Source of the DNA: Schaalia odontolytica
GTDB taxonomy: Bacteria; Actinomycetota; Actinomycetes; Actinomycetales; Actinomycetaceae
Direction of reading: 5' to 3'
NCBI RefSeq assembly: GCF_005696695.1
Contig: NZ_CP040006.1
Span: 2,190,001-2,222,000 of the forward strand
DNA: 32,000 nucleotides
A model generated the notes under the pieces. The model saw nothing but the letters and a program-made list of their open reading frames with translations, made no database searches and was not told where the DNA came from. The position numbers and the translations under genes were made by a program. Below, one piece after another: positions 7,753 to 16,350 of this stretch (the first letter of the stretch is position 1; each line of letters starts with the position of its first letter).

Positions 7753-8475
7753 TTACGACTGCCCTCCGAGTTCTGCGCTAAAGCGATTGAATCCCAGGAT
7801 CGGATCCACCCCCGGGGTCGGATTTCCCATCTGGGGCAGCGTCACGGGAGGCACCTTGGGAAGGTCGATAGCAGGTTTCGGAAGGGGGCGCGGACCAGTC
7901 GGCCCCGTGATGATCGGATCCAAGGGCTTGAGCGGACCGACGGGGTTATAGGGCATGGGCTCAACCTTCGGCCGACCTGTGCCGGGGTTCGGTCGGCGGT
8001 GGCCGCGAGTCCCCTCGCCCCCGTGGTGGCCCCCCCTCTGCTTGCCCGGGTCACCGGGAAGACGCGGGCCGCGCGTAGGCGGATTGCCACCGCCGATCGG
8101 CGAGGGAAGAGGAACCAGTCGCGGGTTCTTACGACCGTCTCCGCCGCCACCTGGACCCGAGTGACCGCAGTCGTCACCGTTGACAATCGAGCCGATGAGC
8201 TGGCCGTTCTCTTCCTCTGCGGCGATGAAGTCTCGTTCGGCAGCCTCGAGCGAGTCGGCACATTCCTCGAGCTTCATGCTGGTCTTCATGCACTGGTCGG
8301 CGAGCTTCTCTTCGGCTGCCTGCATGGGTGAGGCCAGGTCAGCGCCGGGCATCGCGGAGGCGAACGCACTCGCCCCTCCTTCCGGGCGTGCAGACCGGAC
8401 GGCGTCTGCGGTTTCACGCGAGGTCGCGGCGAGCTTCGGGAACTCACCCGCAACAAAGGACAGATCGCTCATCAT
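7753..8475 (-). CDS. Small helical (EspC/DUF2580-like, T7SS-target-like) protein with a long Pro/Gly-rich tail
   Basis: ATGATG start, with GGAG 3 or 6 nt upstream depending on which ATG is used. The ~100-aa helical N-domain ends in LEAAERDFIAAEEENGQLI. A ~140-aa Pro/Gly/Arg-rich disordered tail follows. There is no signal peptide. The stop lies 2 nt before the hydrolase ATG. Confidence 0.75.
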   Translation of the reverse strand: MMSDLSFVAGEFPKLAATSRETADAVRSARPEGGASAFASAMPGADLASPMQAAEEKLADQCMKTSMKLEECADSLEAAERDFIAAEEENGQLIGSIVNGDDCGHSGPGGGGDGRKNPRLVPLPSPIGGGNPPTRGPRLPGDPGKQRGGHHGGEGTRGHRRPNPGTGRPKVEPMPYNPVGPLKPLDPIITGPTGPRPLPKPAIDLPKVPPVTLPQMGNPTPGVDPILGFNRFSAELGGQS

Positions 8476-8689
8476 TTACTCCATTGAATACTGACCAGTG
8501 ACACACACAATATTACCGGATGGATATAGACGGCGCACCGCTTCACCATAGCTGCGCCGCACATTGTTCTTGTAGCCCATCACCCAATTTCACCGTTTTT
8601 ATCCCTAGAAAAGTACGTGCAGGGCCGCTACCTTGGCACTGTCCCCAGATGGGAACAACGGCAACGCCCACCGACTCCAGGAGCCCCAC

Positions 8690-9961
8690 ATGAGCGAGGC
8701 ATCCCGCCCACCCGCACACGACGCGGGACCGGATGCGCCAGCCCAGGCCTCGTCGATAGCGACGAGGCCTCCCATCCCCCGGCTGCCCGTCGGCCGCCTC
8801 GCGTTCCTGCTCCTCGCGGGCGTCGCGCTCCTGGCGGGACTGGACGCCTCCCTCGTGCGCCTGGGGGCGCTCGCCCCCGTGGCTTCGACGAGCCTGGGGA
8901 CCGTGCACGGACTCCTCATGATCTACGGGTTCCTGGGCACCGCGATCTGCCTCGAGCGCGCGGTCGCCCTGCAGTCCGACGGGCGGCGCGCGTGGGCGTA
9001 CGCCGCTCCCCTACTGACCGGAGCCGGCGGCGTCAGTGCGGTCGTCATCTCCCTGAACGAGGGGGCGCGCGCGGCGCTCGCGAACCTCCCGATCCCACGC
9101 TACCTGGCCGCCCACCTGCCCGGATTCGCGACCGAGCGGATGATGCCCGGCTTCCTCATCACCCTCGGCATGGCGCTGCTGACGGCGATCTACTGCTACG
9201 TGTGGGCGCGCCGTCAGGCCACCCACGCGGTCCTCATCCAGCTGATGGGCGCTCTCATTGGCCTGGGCGGCATCCTCCTGTGGTGGCGAGGCCTGGAGAC
9301 GCCGCGCGCAGTGCCCTGGTGGCTGGCCTTCCTGATCGTCACGATCGTCGGCGAGCGCGTCGAGCTCGCACGCCTCGCCTTCGCGTCCGGCTCCACCGAG
9401 CGGCGCATCACCGCCGAGAGCGCCGCCCTCATGGTGGGCCTGACCGTCGCGCTTTACTCCCCCGCGATCGGTTACCCGCTGATCGGGCTCTCCCTCGGTG
9501 TCCTCGCGGCGGACACCGCGTGGCATGACGTCGCGCGCGGCACCGTGCGCATGAGCGGCCTGCCTCGCCTGGCGGCCGTGTGCATGCTGAGCGGATACGC
9601 GTGGGCGCTTGTACCCGCGTTGATGTGGGTCATCGCTCCGCCCGCTTTCGACGGATACGGCTACGATGCCGGCGTCCACGCGATCACGATCGGCTTCGTC
9701 GTCTCGATGCTGCTGGCCCACGCGCCCGTCATCATCCCGGCGGTCGCCCGGCGCGAGGTCCCGTACCACCCCGCCATGTGGGTCCCCTTCGCATTCCTGC
9801 AGGTCTCCCTCCTGCTGCGTCTCCTCGCGGGCGCGCGCGAGGCCGCCTACCCGTGGCGCCTGGGCGGCACCCTCGGGGTCGTCGGCATGCTCCTCTTCGT
9901 CGCCACGACGTTGACGGTGACGATTCGCCGGGCGCGCGCCAATGCTCGGGAGGCCCGATGA
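8690..9961 (+). CDS. 12-TM integral membrane protein, NnrS-like (family tentative)
   Basis: ORF 8633..9961. ATG 8690 has AGGAG 6 nt upstream. About 12 hydrophobic spans are visible. TM-embedded His motifs (TVHGLLMIYGFLG, GVHAITIGFVVSMLLAH) resemble NnrS HxxxM..GF / HAxTxG motifs as I remember them. The stop overlaps the next start (ATGA at 9958..9961). Confidence 0.8.
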   Translation: MSEASRPPAHDAGPDAPAQASSIATRPPIPRLPVGRLAFLLLAGVALLAGLDASLVRLGALAPVASTSLGTVHGLLMIYGFLGTAICLERAVALQSDGRRAWAYAAPLLTGAGGVSAVVISLNEGARAALANLPIPRYLAAHLPGFATERMMPGFLITLGMALLTAIYCYVWARRQATHAVLIQLMGALIGLGGILLWWRGLETPRAVPWWLAFLIVTIVGERVELARLAFASGSTERRITAESAALMVGLTVALYSPAIGYPLIGLSLGVLAADTAWHDVARGTVRMSGLPRLAAVCMLSGYAWALVPALMWVIAPPAFDGYGYDAGVHAITIGFVVSMLLAHAPVIIPAVARREVPYHPAMWVPFAFLQVSLLLRLLAGAREAAYPWRLGGTLGVVGMLLFVATTLTVTIRRARANAREAR

Positions 9962-11256
9962 ACAAGCCTCGCGTTCCGCGCACCGACCGCGCGACCTCCG
10001 TCTGGATGTGCGTGGCGGCCATCGCCGCCGCGGTCACGATTGTCGCTCGAGGCCGCATCCCGCAGAACCTGTGGACGATGATCCACCTAGTGACCCTGGG
10101 CGTCCTGTCGAACGGGATCTTCCAGTGGTCCTGGTACTTCACGCGCGCGCTCGCTCACCTGGCCCCGGACGACCGGCGCGCGGGGCGGGACAACACCGTG
10201 CGCATCATTGCGTTCAACCTTTCCCTGCTGCTCCTCATCGGCGGCATGTGGTCGGGCTTGTGGCACGCGACCGTCACGGGCGCGACCGTTGTCGGGTTGA
10301 TCGCGGCCTGGCACGGGTGGGCGCTGCTCACCGCGTCCCGCGAGCGCCTGGCTTCGCGTTTCGCGGTCATCATCCGCTACTACATCGCGGCCGCGTTCTT
10401 CCTGGTGCTCGGCGCGACGCTGGCGGGTTTCGTCACGGCGGCCATGTTCGACGCGGACGCTCCCGCGTGGCTGGCCGAGGCCCGGGATCGCCTGACGGTC
10501 GCCCACGCGCTGGCGGGTGTCGCCGGATGGGTGGGCTTGACGATGGGCGGGACCCTGGTGACGCTGGGGCCGACCGCGATGCGCACGCGCATGGATCCGC
10601 GTGCCGTGTCCTTCGCGACGAGCGCCCTGCCCCTGTGGGTGGCCGCGCTTCTCATCGCCGTCACGGGCGCTGTGGCCGGGTCGATGCGCGTTGCCTCGGT
10701 GGGCCTCCTCATCGTCGTGGGCGCGGCCACCCTGGGCGTGGGCGTTCCGCTGGTCCGCGTGGCGCTGAAGAAGGGCCCGGCGGAGTACGGCGCGTGGTCC
10801 CTCATGCTGGGCGCCGCCTGGATCCTCATCGCCGGCGCGGGAGCGTCCCTGCGCGCCTTCGGGGCGGCGGACGCGACCGGGCTGCGCTCGGCTTTCCTCG
10901 CGTGGATGCCGATCCTGGGCGCGGCCGGGCTGGGCCAGCTCTTCGTCGGCGCGCTCACCTACCTGATGCCCGTCGTGATTGGCGGCGGCCCGTCCGCGGT
11001 GCGCGTCGGCGTCGGCGTGCTCGAGGCCGGGGCGCCCATCCGGGAGGCCGCTCGCAACGTGGCCGCGCTCCTCGCGCTCGCCGTCGCGTCCCTGGGCGGA
11101 ACGTCCGCCGAACGCCTCACCATCGCCGCGTGGGTGGTCCTGCTGGCCACCTACGTCGTCGACATCGTCCTCATGGCCCGCTGCGGCGTGGCCCAGGCGC
11201 GCGCCAAGCGCGCCGCCGATTCATACCCCACCACGCAAGGAGGCCGCCGTGGCTGA
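9958..11256 (+). CDS. Second polytopic membrane protein, NnrS-like paralogue (family tentative)
   Basis: ORF 9580..11256 trimmed to ATG 9958, which has GGGAGG 4 nt upstream and an ATGA overlap with the upstream stop. It has multiple TM spans, with IHLVTLGVLSNG and AHALAGVAGWVGLTMGG His-containing helices. The 3' end overlaps the nirK GTG by 8 nt. Confidence 0.8.
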   Translation: MNKPRVPRTDRATSVWMCVAAIAAAVTIVARGRIPQNLWTMIHLVTLGVLSNGIFQWSWYFTRALAHLAPDDRRAGRDNTVRIIAFNLSLLLLIGGMWSGLWHATVTGATVVGLIAAWHGWALLTASRERLASRFAVIIRYYIAAAFFLVLGATLAGFVTAAMFDADAPAWLAEARDRLTVAHALAGVAGWVGLTMGGTLVTLGPTAMRTRMDPRAVSFATSALPLWVAALLIAVTGAVAGSMRVASVGLLIVVGAATLGVGVPLVRVALKKGPAEYGAWSLMLGAAWILIAGAGASLRAFGAADATGLRSAFLAWMPILGAAGLGQLFVGALTYLMPVVIGGGPSAVRVGVGVLEAGAPIREAARNVAALLALAVASLGGTSAERLTIAAWVVLLATYVVDIVLMARCGVAQARAKRAADSYPTTQGGRRG

Positions 11257-12769
11257 CCTGAACCTGTCCGCTTCGCCGTCGTCGGGAGGCGAGAAGCCGA
11301 AGACGCCCGCCCCGAAAGGCCCCGCGACGGGAACCCCCAAGCTGCGCATGAGTCCTGCGGGCGATCACTCGCCCGTGAGCCGCACAGCCGGAGCAATCGT
11401 CGGCGTCGTCTCCGTCGTGGCGCTCGCTCTCGCAATCTTCCTGTCCAACCCGTCCGCGCCCACGACGCAGGGCACGGGAACGGGGACCGGGACCACGGCC
11501 TCGTCGGTGACGCCGACCGGGCACACGACCCGCGTGTCCGTGGGCGTCGACGGAATGGCGTTCACGCCCAACCACATCGAGGTGCCGGTCGGCGATCGCC
11601 TCATCGTCGACTTCACGAACTCGGGGGACCAGCGCCACGACCTGGTGTTCGAGACGGGCGTATCCTCCGGGTCGCTCGCCGCGGGTGAGACGAAGGAACT
11701 CGACCTCGGTGTCATCTCCGGCGACGTCGAGGGCTGGTGCTCCCTGCCGGGTCACCGCGAGATGGGCATGACCCTGCACGTGCAGGCCACGGGCGCGTCA
11801 TCGTCGTCCTCGTCCTCCTCGGGGACCTCGGCCTCGGGTAGCCACGCGCACCACGGGCACGACCACGGCCAGGACGCCGCCGCAGGACCGGCCACCCCGA
11901 CGGCCCTGACGGACTACGCGGCGACGATCGACGCACGCGACCCTGCGCTGCCGCCCGCCACGAACGAGACCGAGCGCCACTACACCTTCACGGTCACCGA
12001 GCAGACCGTCAACGTCACGAGCTCTCTCACGCGCGAGACGTGGACCTTCAACGGGGACGCACCCGGCCCAATCCTGCACGGACACATCGGCGACACCTTC
12101 CACATCACGCTCGTCAACAACGGGACGATGAGCCACTCGCTGGACTTCCACGCGGGCCTCGTCGCCCCCGACAACGTCATGCACTCAATCGAACCCGGGC
12201 AGACCCTCGAGTACACCTTCGTCGCGAAGAACGCGGGCATCTGGCTCTACCACTGCTCGACCGCGCCCATGTCGATGCACATCGCGAACGGCATGTTCGG
12301 GGCCGTCATCATCGACCCGACCGACCTGGATAAGGTCGACCGCGAGTACGTCATGGTCGCCTCCGAGCTCTACCTGGGCGCGGACGGGCAGCCCGCTGAC
12401 GCCTCACTCCTGTCGGCCCTGCAGCCCAACGCGATGGCCTTCAACGGCGTGCCCTTCCAGTACAAGGCTCACCCGATCCAGGTCAAGACCAACGAGCGCG
12501 TGCGCGTGTGGGTCATGGACGCGGGCCCGAACCTGGCGACCACCTTCCACGTCGTCGGCACCCAGTTCGACACCGTGTGGCGCGAGGGTGCCTACGTGAT
12601 CCGAGGCGGCGGAAGCGGCGGCGGCTGGGGGCAGGTCCTCACGCTGGGCGCCGCCGAGGGCGGATTCGTCGAGTTCACACCGCTCGAGGCCGGCCACTAC
12701 GCGTTCGTTAACCACGCTCTCTCCCTGGCGGAAAAGGGCCAGCTCGGCGTCTTCGAGGTGACCGACTAG
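11249..12769 (+). CDS. nirK: Copper-containing nitrite reductase (NirK) with N-terminal membrane anchor and extra cupredoxin domain
   Basis: ORF 10979..12769, with GTG 11249 preceded by AAGGAGG 5 nt upstream. A TM helix AGAIVGVVSVVALALAIFL is followed by a cupredoxin domain with a T1Cu set (HDLVF ... WCSLPGHREMGM). A Ser/His-rich linker leads into the NirK core: HSLDFH (T1/T2 His), YHCSTAPMSMHIANGMFG (T2 His, T1 Cys/His/Met), TFHVVGTQFD and FVNHALSLAEKG (catalytic and T2 His equivalents). Confidence 0.88.
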   Translation: MADLNLSASPSSGGEKPKTPAPKGPATGTPKLRMSPAGDHSPVSRTAGAIVGVVSVVALALAIFLSNPSAPTTQGTGTGTGTTASSVTPTGHTTRVSVGVDGMAFTPNHIEVPVGDRLIVDFTNSGDQRHDLVFETGVSSGSLAAGETKELDLGVISGDVEGWCSLPGHREMGMTLHVQATGASSSSSSSSGTSASGSHAHHGHDHGQDAAAGPATPTALTDYAATIDARDPALPPATNETERHYTFTVTEQTVNVTSSLTRETWTFNGDAPGPILHGHIGDTFHITLVNNGTMSHSLDFHAGLVAPDNVMHSIEPGQTLEYTFVAKNAGIWLYHCSTAPMSMHIANGMFGAVIIDPTDLDKVDREYVMVASELYLGADGQPADASLLSALQPNAMAFNGVPFQYKAHPIQVKTNERVRVWVMDAGPNLATTFHVVGTQFDTVWREGAYVIRGGGSGGGWGQVLTLGAAEGGFVEFTPLEAGHYAFVNHALSLAEKGQLGVFEVTD

Positions 12770-12787
12770 ACCTTTCCCCGCTCCCCG

Positions 12788-12827
12788 GCCACGGCCTCGT
12801 CCTTTTTGACGAGGCCGTGGCTTTTTT
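12788..12827 (+). terminator. Rho-independent terminator of the nirK operon
   Basis: 14-bp perfect stem GCCACGGCCTCGTC (12788-12801) / GACGAGGCCGTGGC (12808-12821), 6-nt loop, then TTTTTT (12822-12827). Confidence 0.85.
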
Positions 12828-12910
12828 CGCGGTATCCCCTCCCCTCGCGGAGGGTCCGAATGGTTACGAACGCCCCATTCCACGTGGCTTTCGGGACGCT
12901 GCCCCGGCGA

Positions 12911-12916
12911 TAGAAT
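12911..12916 (+). promoter_or_regulatory. Putative -10 hexamer (TAGAAT) giving a leaderless MFS transcript
   Basis: TAGAAT ends 6 nt before ATG 12923, and there is no Shine-Dalgarno sequence between them. This geometry is typical of actinobacterial leaderless mRNAs. Confidence 0.35.
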
Positions 12917-12922
12917 GGATGG

Positions 12923-14143
12923 ATGCTCGGCACCTATCTTGACATTCTGCGTTACCGCCAGTCCTGGAAATTCTCCGCGGCTGGACTTGTGCTACGCATG
13001 CCGATGTCCATGGTGGGATTGTCAACAATCCTCATGGTGCGCACCGAGTACGGAAACTACACGCTGGCCGGCGCGGTTTCCGCCGTCAACATCATCGTCA
13101 TGGCACTGTGCGCGCCCATCCTCGCGCGCCGCGTCGACCGCTACGGGCAGCTGCGCGTCATGGGCCCCGCATGGACTATCTCGGTCCTGTCGATGTCTGC
13201 GCTGGTCGCGGCCGTCTTCATGCACGCCCCGGCGTGGACGCTCTTCATTCCGGCCGCCCTCGCGGGCGCCACGTGGGGGGCGCCCGGCGCGCTCGTGCGC
13301 TCGCGCTGGTCGACGATCCTGCACAAGCCCGGACAGCTGACGACCGCCTACGCCCTCGAGTCCGCGGTCGACGAGTTTGTGTACATCGTGGGCCCCGTGC
13401 TCTCCACGGTCCTGGGCACCGCGGTGCACCCCGCGACCGGCCTCATTATCTCAATCGTCAGCCTGGCGGTGGGCGGCGCTCTCTTCCTGTCGCGCCGCGG
13501 CTCTGAGCCCGCGATCATCCCCTACGATCCCAGCGCCCCGCGCGAGTCCGTTATCCGCAAGCCCGTCGTCCTCGTCATGGCCGCGACCTACATCGGCATG
13601 GGCATGACGTTCGGCGCGATGGAAGTGTCGATGGTCAGCTTCACCGAGGAACTGGGCTCCCCCGCGCTTGGCGGCATCCTCCTCGCCCTCTTCTCGATCG
13701 GCTCCCTGACGGCCGCCCTCGTGTACGGCGCACGAACGTGGAGGCGCCCCACCTGGCAGCTCTTCGTCATCGGCGTGATCGCGATGGCGATCGGCATGAG
13801 CCTGTTCCCCGTGGCGTTCAACGTCTGGACGATGGCCATCGTCATCCTCATCACGGGCCTCACCTGCGCCCCCACGATGACGAACGTCAACGTCATCATC
13901 CAGAAGTCCGTCTCCCCCGCAAAGCTCACCGAGGGCCTGACCTGGATGTCCACCTCGATCAACCTGGGTACCTCGCTGGGCACGGCGATCGCCGGACCCG
14001 CGATCGACGCGATCGGTGCGCGCGGCGGCCTGTTCACCATGGCCGGCGCAGGGTGGGCGATGGTCCTCCTCATGCTGATCGGCCTGCCCGCGCTGCGTAA
14101 GGGCACAGCAGCCACCCCCAAGCCCACGCTGCCCCTCGACTAA
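12923..14143 (+). CDS. MFS transporter
   Basis: 406-aa ORF with about 12 hydrophobic spans. An MFS-like loop 2-3 motif is present ([20 protein letters not shown]). Confidence 0.85.
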   Translation: MLGTYLDILRYRQSWKFSAAGLVLRMPMSMVGLSTILMVRTEYGNYTLAGAVSAVNIIVMALCAPILARRVDRYGQLRVMGPAWTISVLSMSALVAAVFMHAPAWTLFIPAALAGATWGAPGALVRSRWSTILHKPGQLTTAYALESAVDEFVYIVGPVLSTVLGTAVHPATGLIISIVSLAVGGALFLSRRGSEPAIIPYDPSAPRESVIRKPVVLVMAATYIGMGMTFGAMEVSMVSFTEELGSPALGGILLALFSIGSLTAALVYGARTWRRPTWQLFVIGVIAMAIGMSLFPVAFNVWTMAIVILITGLTCAPTMTNVNVIIQKSVSPAKLTEGLTWMSTSINLGTSLGTAIAGPAIDAIGARGGLFTMAGAGWAMVLLMLIGLPALRKGTAATPKPTLPLD

Positions 14144-14189
14144 GGACGGATTCCCTTCGATTCTTGCGCCCGCACGGGCGCGAGGACCT

Positions 14190-15437
14190 ATGATTGCCCT
14201 CATGCGCCTCCGACCGCCCCTCATCGACGACGAATCACCGTCGCTCGCGCTCGCCCTGACGGCAGGCGTGGGTGAATTTGCCTCGTCTCTGCTGGTCGCC
14301 GCCATGTCGCAGGGCTGGTATTACCCGGGCGTGGTCGGATTCGGCGGCATCGGCTCCGAGCGCAGCGCCCGCATCCTCGGCCGCGTCCTCATGGCGCGCG
14401 GCGACGACGGTCGTTCCTGGCTGCAGACCCGGCGCGGGTGGCGCCAGTTCTTCAACGCGCAGGTCCCCCGCCAGCCCGTACTCATCACGGTCGGCAACGC
14501 GCGCCGACTCGCATTCGCGGACCGCGGCGGATTCGTCGACATGACGGTTCTGGGCCACGGCCTCGAACCCGGCTGGCACGACGCGACCATCCAGGTCCTG
14601 CACGCGGGCGACGTGCGTGCGCTCGGCCTGTCCGAGGACACCGCCGCCAAGCTCGCGACCACTCTGCGCACGGCGACCCCGTTGCCCGCCCCGGCCTCGG
14701 CGATGTACGAGCGCCCCCGCAAGGGCCGCATCCGCGCCGGCCGCCCCACCTCCGTACGACTGCGCATCGTGTCGGATCATGAGCATTTCGGCGTGGTTTC
14801 CGACATCGATGACACCGTCATGGTGTCGATGCTGCCGCGACTGGTCACGGCCGCGAAGCACGCCTTCCTGGACCGCGTGTCTTCACGCGAGGCCGTCCCC
14901 GGCATGGCGAACCTGCTGACGACGCTGACGACGTCGTCGGCCTCGTCGGAGGGTGTGCCCGAGGGCACCCACTCCCCCATCATGTACCTGTCCACCGGCG
15001 CGTGGAACGTCGTGCCGACGGTGCGTTCCTTCCTGGAGCGCTCCGGCTACCCGGCCGGCGGCTTCCTCATGACGGACTTCGGCCCCTCGAATACGGGATG
15101 GTTCCGTTCGGGGCCGGAGCACAAGCGCCGCGAGCTGCGCCGCCTGGCCCGCATGTTCCCGCACATGCGTTGGCTCCTCGTCGGCGACGACGGGCAGCAC
15201 GACCCGGAGATCTACGCGGAGTTCGCTCGCGAGTTCCCGCAGTGCGTCGCCGGCATCGCGATCCGCTCCCTGTCCGAGATCGAGCAGTTCATGGCGCACG
15301 GCAGCTTCGAGGCCATGGTGCCCGACGCCCTGTGGACCGTCCCCGAGTCCGTCCCCGTCTGGTACGGGTCGGACGGCGAGGCACTCCTGGAGAACATACG
15401 AGGCCGTGGCACGGCCGGGCCTCTGACCGGCCGCTGA
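14190..15437 (+). CDS. App1-family/DUF2183 phosphatase (phosphatidate phosphatase-like)
   Basis: 415-aa ORF. It has a HAD-like DxDxT motif ([12 protein letters not shown]) and [11 protein letters not shown], which are the App1/DUF2183 signatures as I recall them. The N-terminal [26 protein letters not shown] is also typical. The exact start is uncertain. Confidence 0.75.
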   Translation: MIALMRLRPPLIDDESPSLALALTAGVGEFASSLLVAAMSQGWYYPGVVGFGGIGSERSARILGRVLMARGDDGRSWLQTRRGWRQFFNAQVPRQPVLITVGNARRLAFADRGGFVDMTVLGHGLEPGWHDATIQVLHAGDVRALGLSEDTAAKLATTLRTATPLPAPASAMYERPRKGRIRAGRPTSVRLRIVSDHEHFGVVSDIDDTVMVSMLPRLVTAAKHAFLDRVSSREAVPGMANLLTTLTTSSASSEGVPEGTHSPIMYLSTGAWNVVPTVRSFLERSGYPAGGFLMTDFGPSNTGWFRSGPEHKRRELRRLARMFPHMRWLLVGDDGQHDPEIYAEFAREFPQCVAGIAIRSLSEIEQFMAHGSFEAMVPDALWTVPESVPVWYGSDGEALLENIRGRGTAGPLTGR

Positions 15438-15497
15438 GCGCAACGCCCCCATCGCCCGCGGCTCTCTTCGGTCAACGAGCGGCGCAGCCGATGCGAA

Positions 15498-15522
15498 AAG
15501 GCCGCCCACTCGGGGCGGCCTT
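15498..15522. terminator. Bidirectional hairpin between convergent genes
   Basis: 10-bp stem AAGGCCGCCC (15498-15507) / GGGCGGCCTT (15513-15522). It is flanked by GAAA on the left and TCGTCTGTC on the right. Confidence 0.6.
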
Positions 15523-15537
15523 TCGTCTGTCTCAGTC

Positions 15538-16146
15538 CTACTTCGTGCCCGACATCGGTCGGCACTTCGCGGGCTGCTCGATCGAGTCGTTGGACTTGAG
15601 GACTCGCTGCACGTCCTCGGCGCTCATCGTGTCGTCGTAGAAGGTGCCGAGTTCGACCTTGACGGTGGCGTCCTCCGCGTCGCTGAGGCGCACGTGGGAG
15701 CCGGGGAAGAATCGAGCCACCGAATAGGCGGCGTCCACCGAGTCAGCGCGTGCGGTGATGCGCACCTTGCCGGTGTACTCGGTGTCCGAGTTCGCCGGTT
15801 CCTCGGTCTGGAAGCCGGCGGTTGAGAGCATATCCGTGGCCTTGGAGGCCAGGCCCTGGTGCTGAGTCGTGTTGATGACCGTGACGGTGACCTGCGAGGG
15901 GGCCACGGGCTTCGCGTCCGCCGTCGGACACGGGATGTCACCGGTCTCGGCATACTTGACCTTGACGGAGAAGTCGTTGCCGAACGGGACGGGAACGATT
16001 CCCGTGAACACGAGGGCGGCCGCCACCGCGGCCACTATCATCGCGATGCCGATGACAGCGAACGTCGTGTTCTGGCGCTGCTGACGCTCGCGCAGGAAAC
16101 GCTGACGCGGAGTGAGGGCAGGGCGGGGCGCGTTCGGAGTACTCAC
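15538..16146 (-). CDS. LytR_C (LytR C-terminal) domain membrane protein
   Basis: ORF 15538..16203, with GTG 16146 preceded by GGGTGGA 4 nt upstream. It has an Arg-rich N-terminus and a single TM helix (FAVIGIAMIVAAVAAALVF). The following VTVTVINTTQHQGLASKATDMLSTAGFQ pattern is typical of LytR_C. Confidence 0.75.
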   Translation of the reverse strand: MSTPNAPRPALTPRQRFLRERQQRQNTTFAVIGIAMIVAAVAAALVFTGIVPVPFGNDFSVKVKYAETGDIPCPTADAKPVAPSQVTVTVINTTQHQGLASKATDMLSTAGFQTEEPANSDTEYTGKVRITARADSVDAAYSVARFFPGSHVRLSDAEDATVKVELGTFYDDTMSAEDVQRVLKSNDSIEQPAKCRPMSGTK

Positions 16147-16350
16147 AGTATCCACCCTAGCTAATAGGGGCGGCCCGAGGCCAGACAACGCCCCGTCAGG
16201 CACATTACATCTCGCCCACGCGTCCCACTCAGCGTTACAGTTAGGTCACCCTGAGTAACGGGGACATTCCACGCGCTACCGCCCCTCGAAGGGCGCCGAC
16301 GCGCACGAGGCACCCCGGCCTCGTTCACCCCCACCGAAAAGAGGACCGCG

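Noticed and set aside
8570-8583. FNR/CRP-type box TTGTAGCCCATCAC upstream of the nirK operon
   Set aside because: Only about 7 of 10 consensus positions of TTGAT-N4-ATCAA match. This is not distinguishable from chance by eye.
14160-14185. Small hairpin GCGCCC-GCAC-GGGCGC between the MFS and App1-like genes as a terminator
   Set aside because: It has only a 6-bp stem, no U-tract and a 46-nt gap. The genes may be co-transcribed, and the evidence is insufficient to annotate it.
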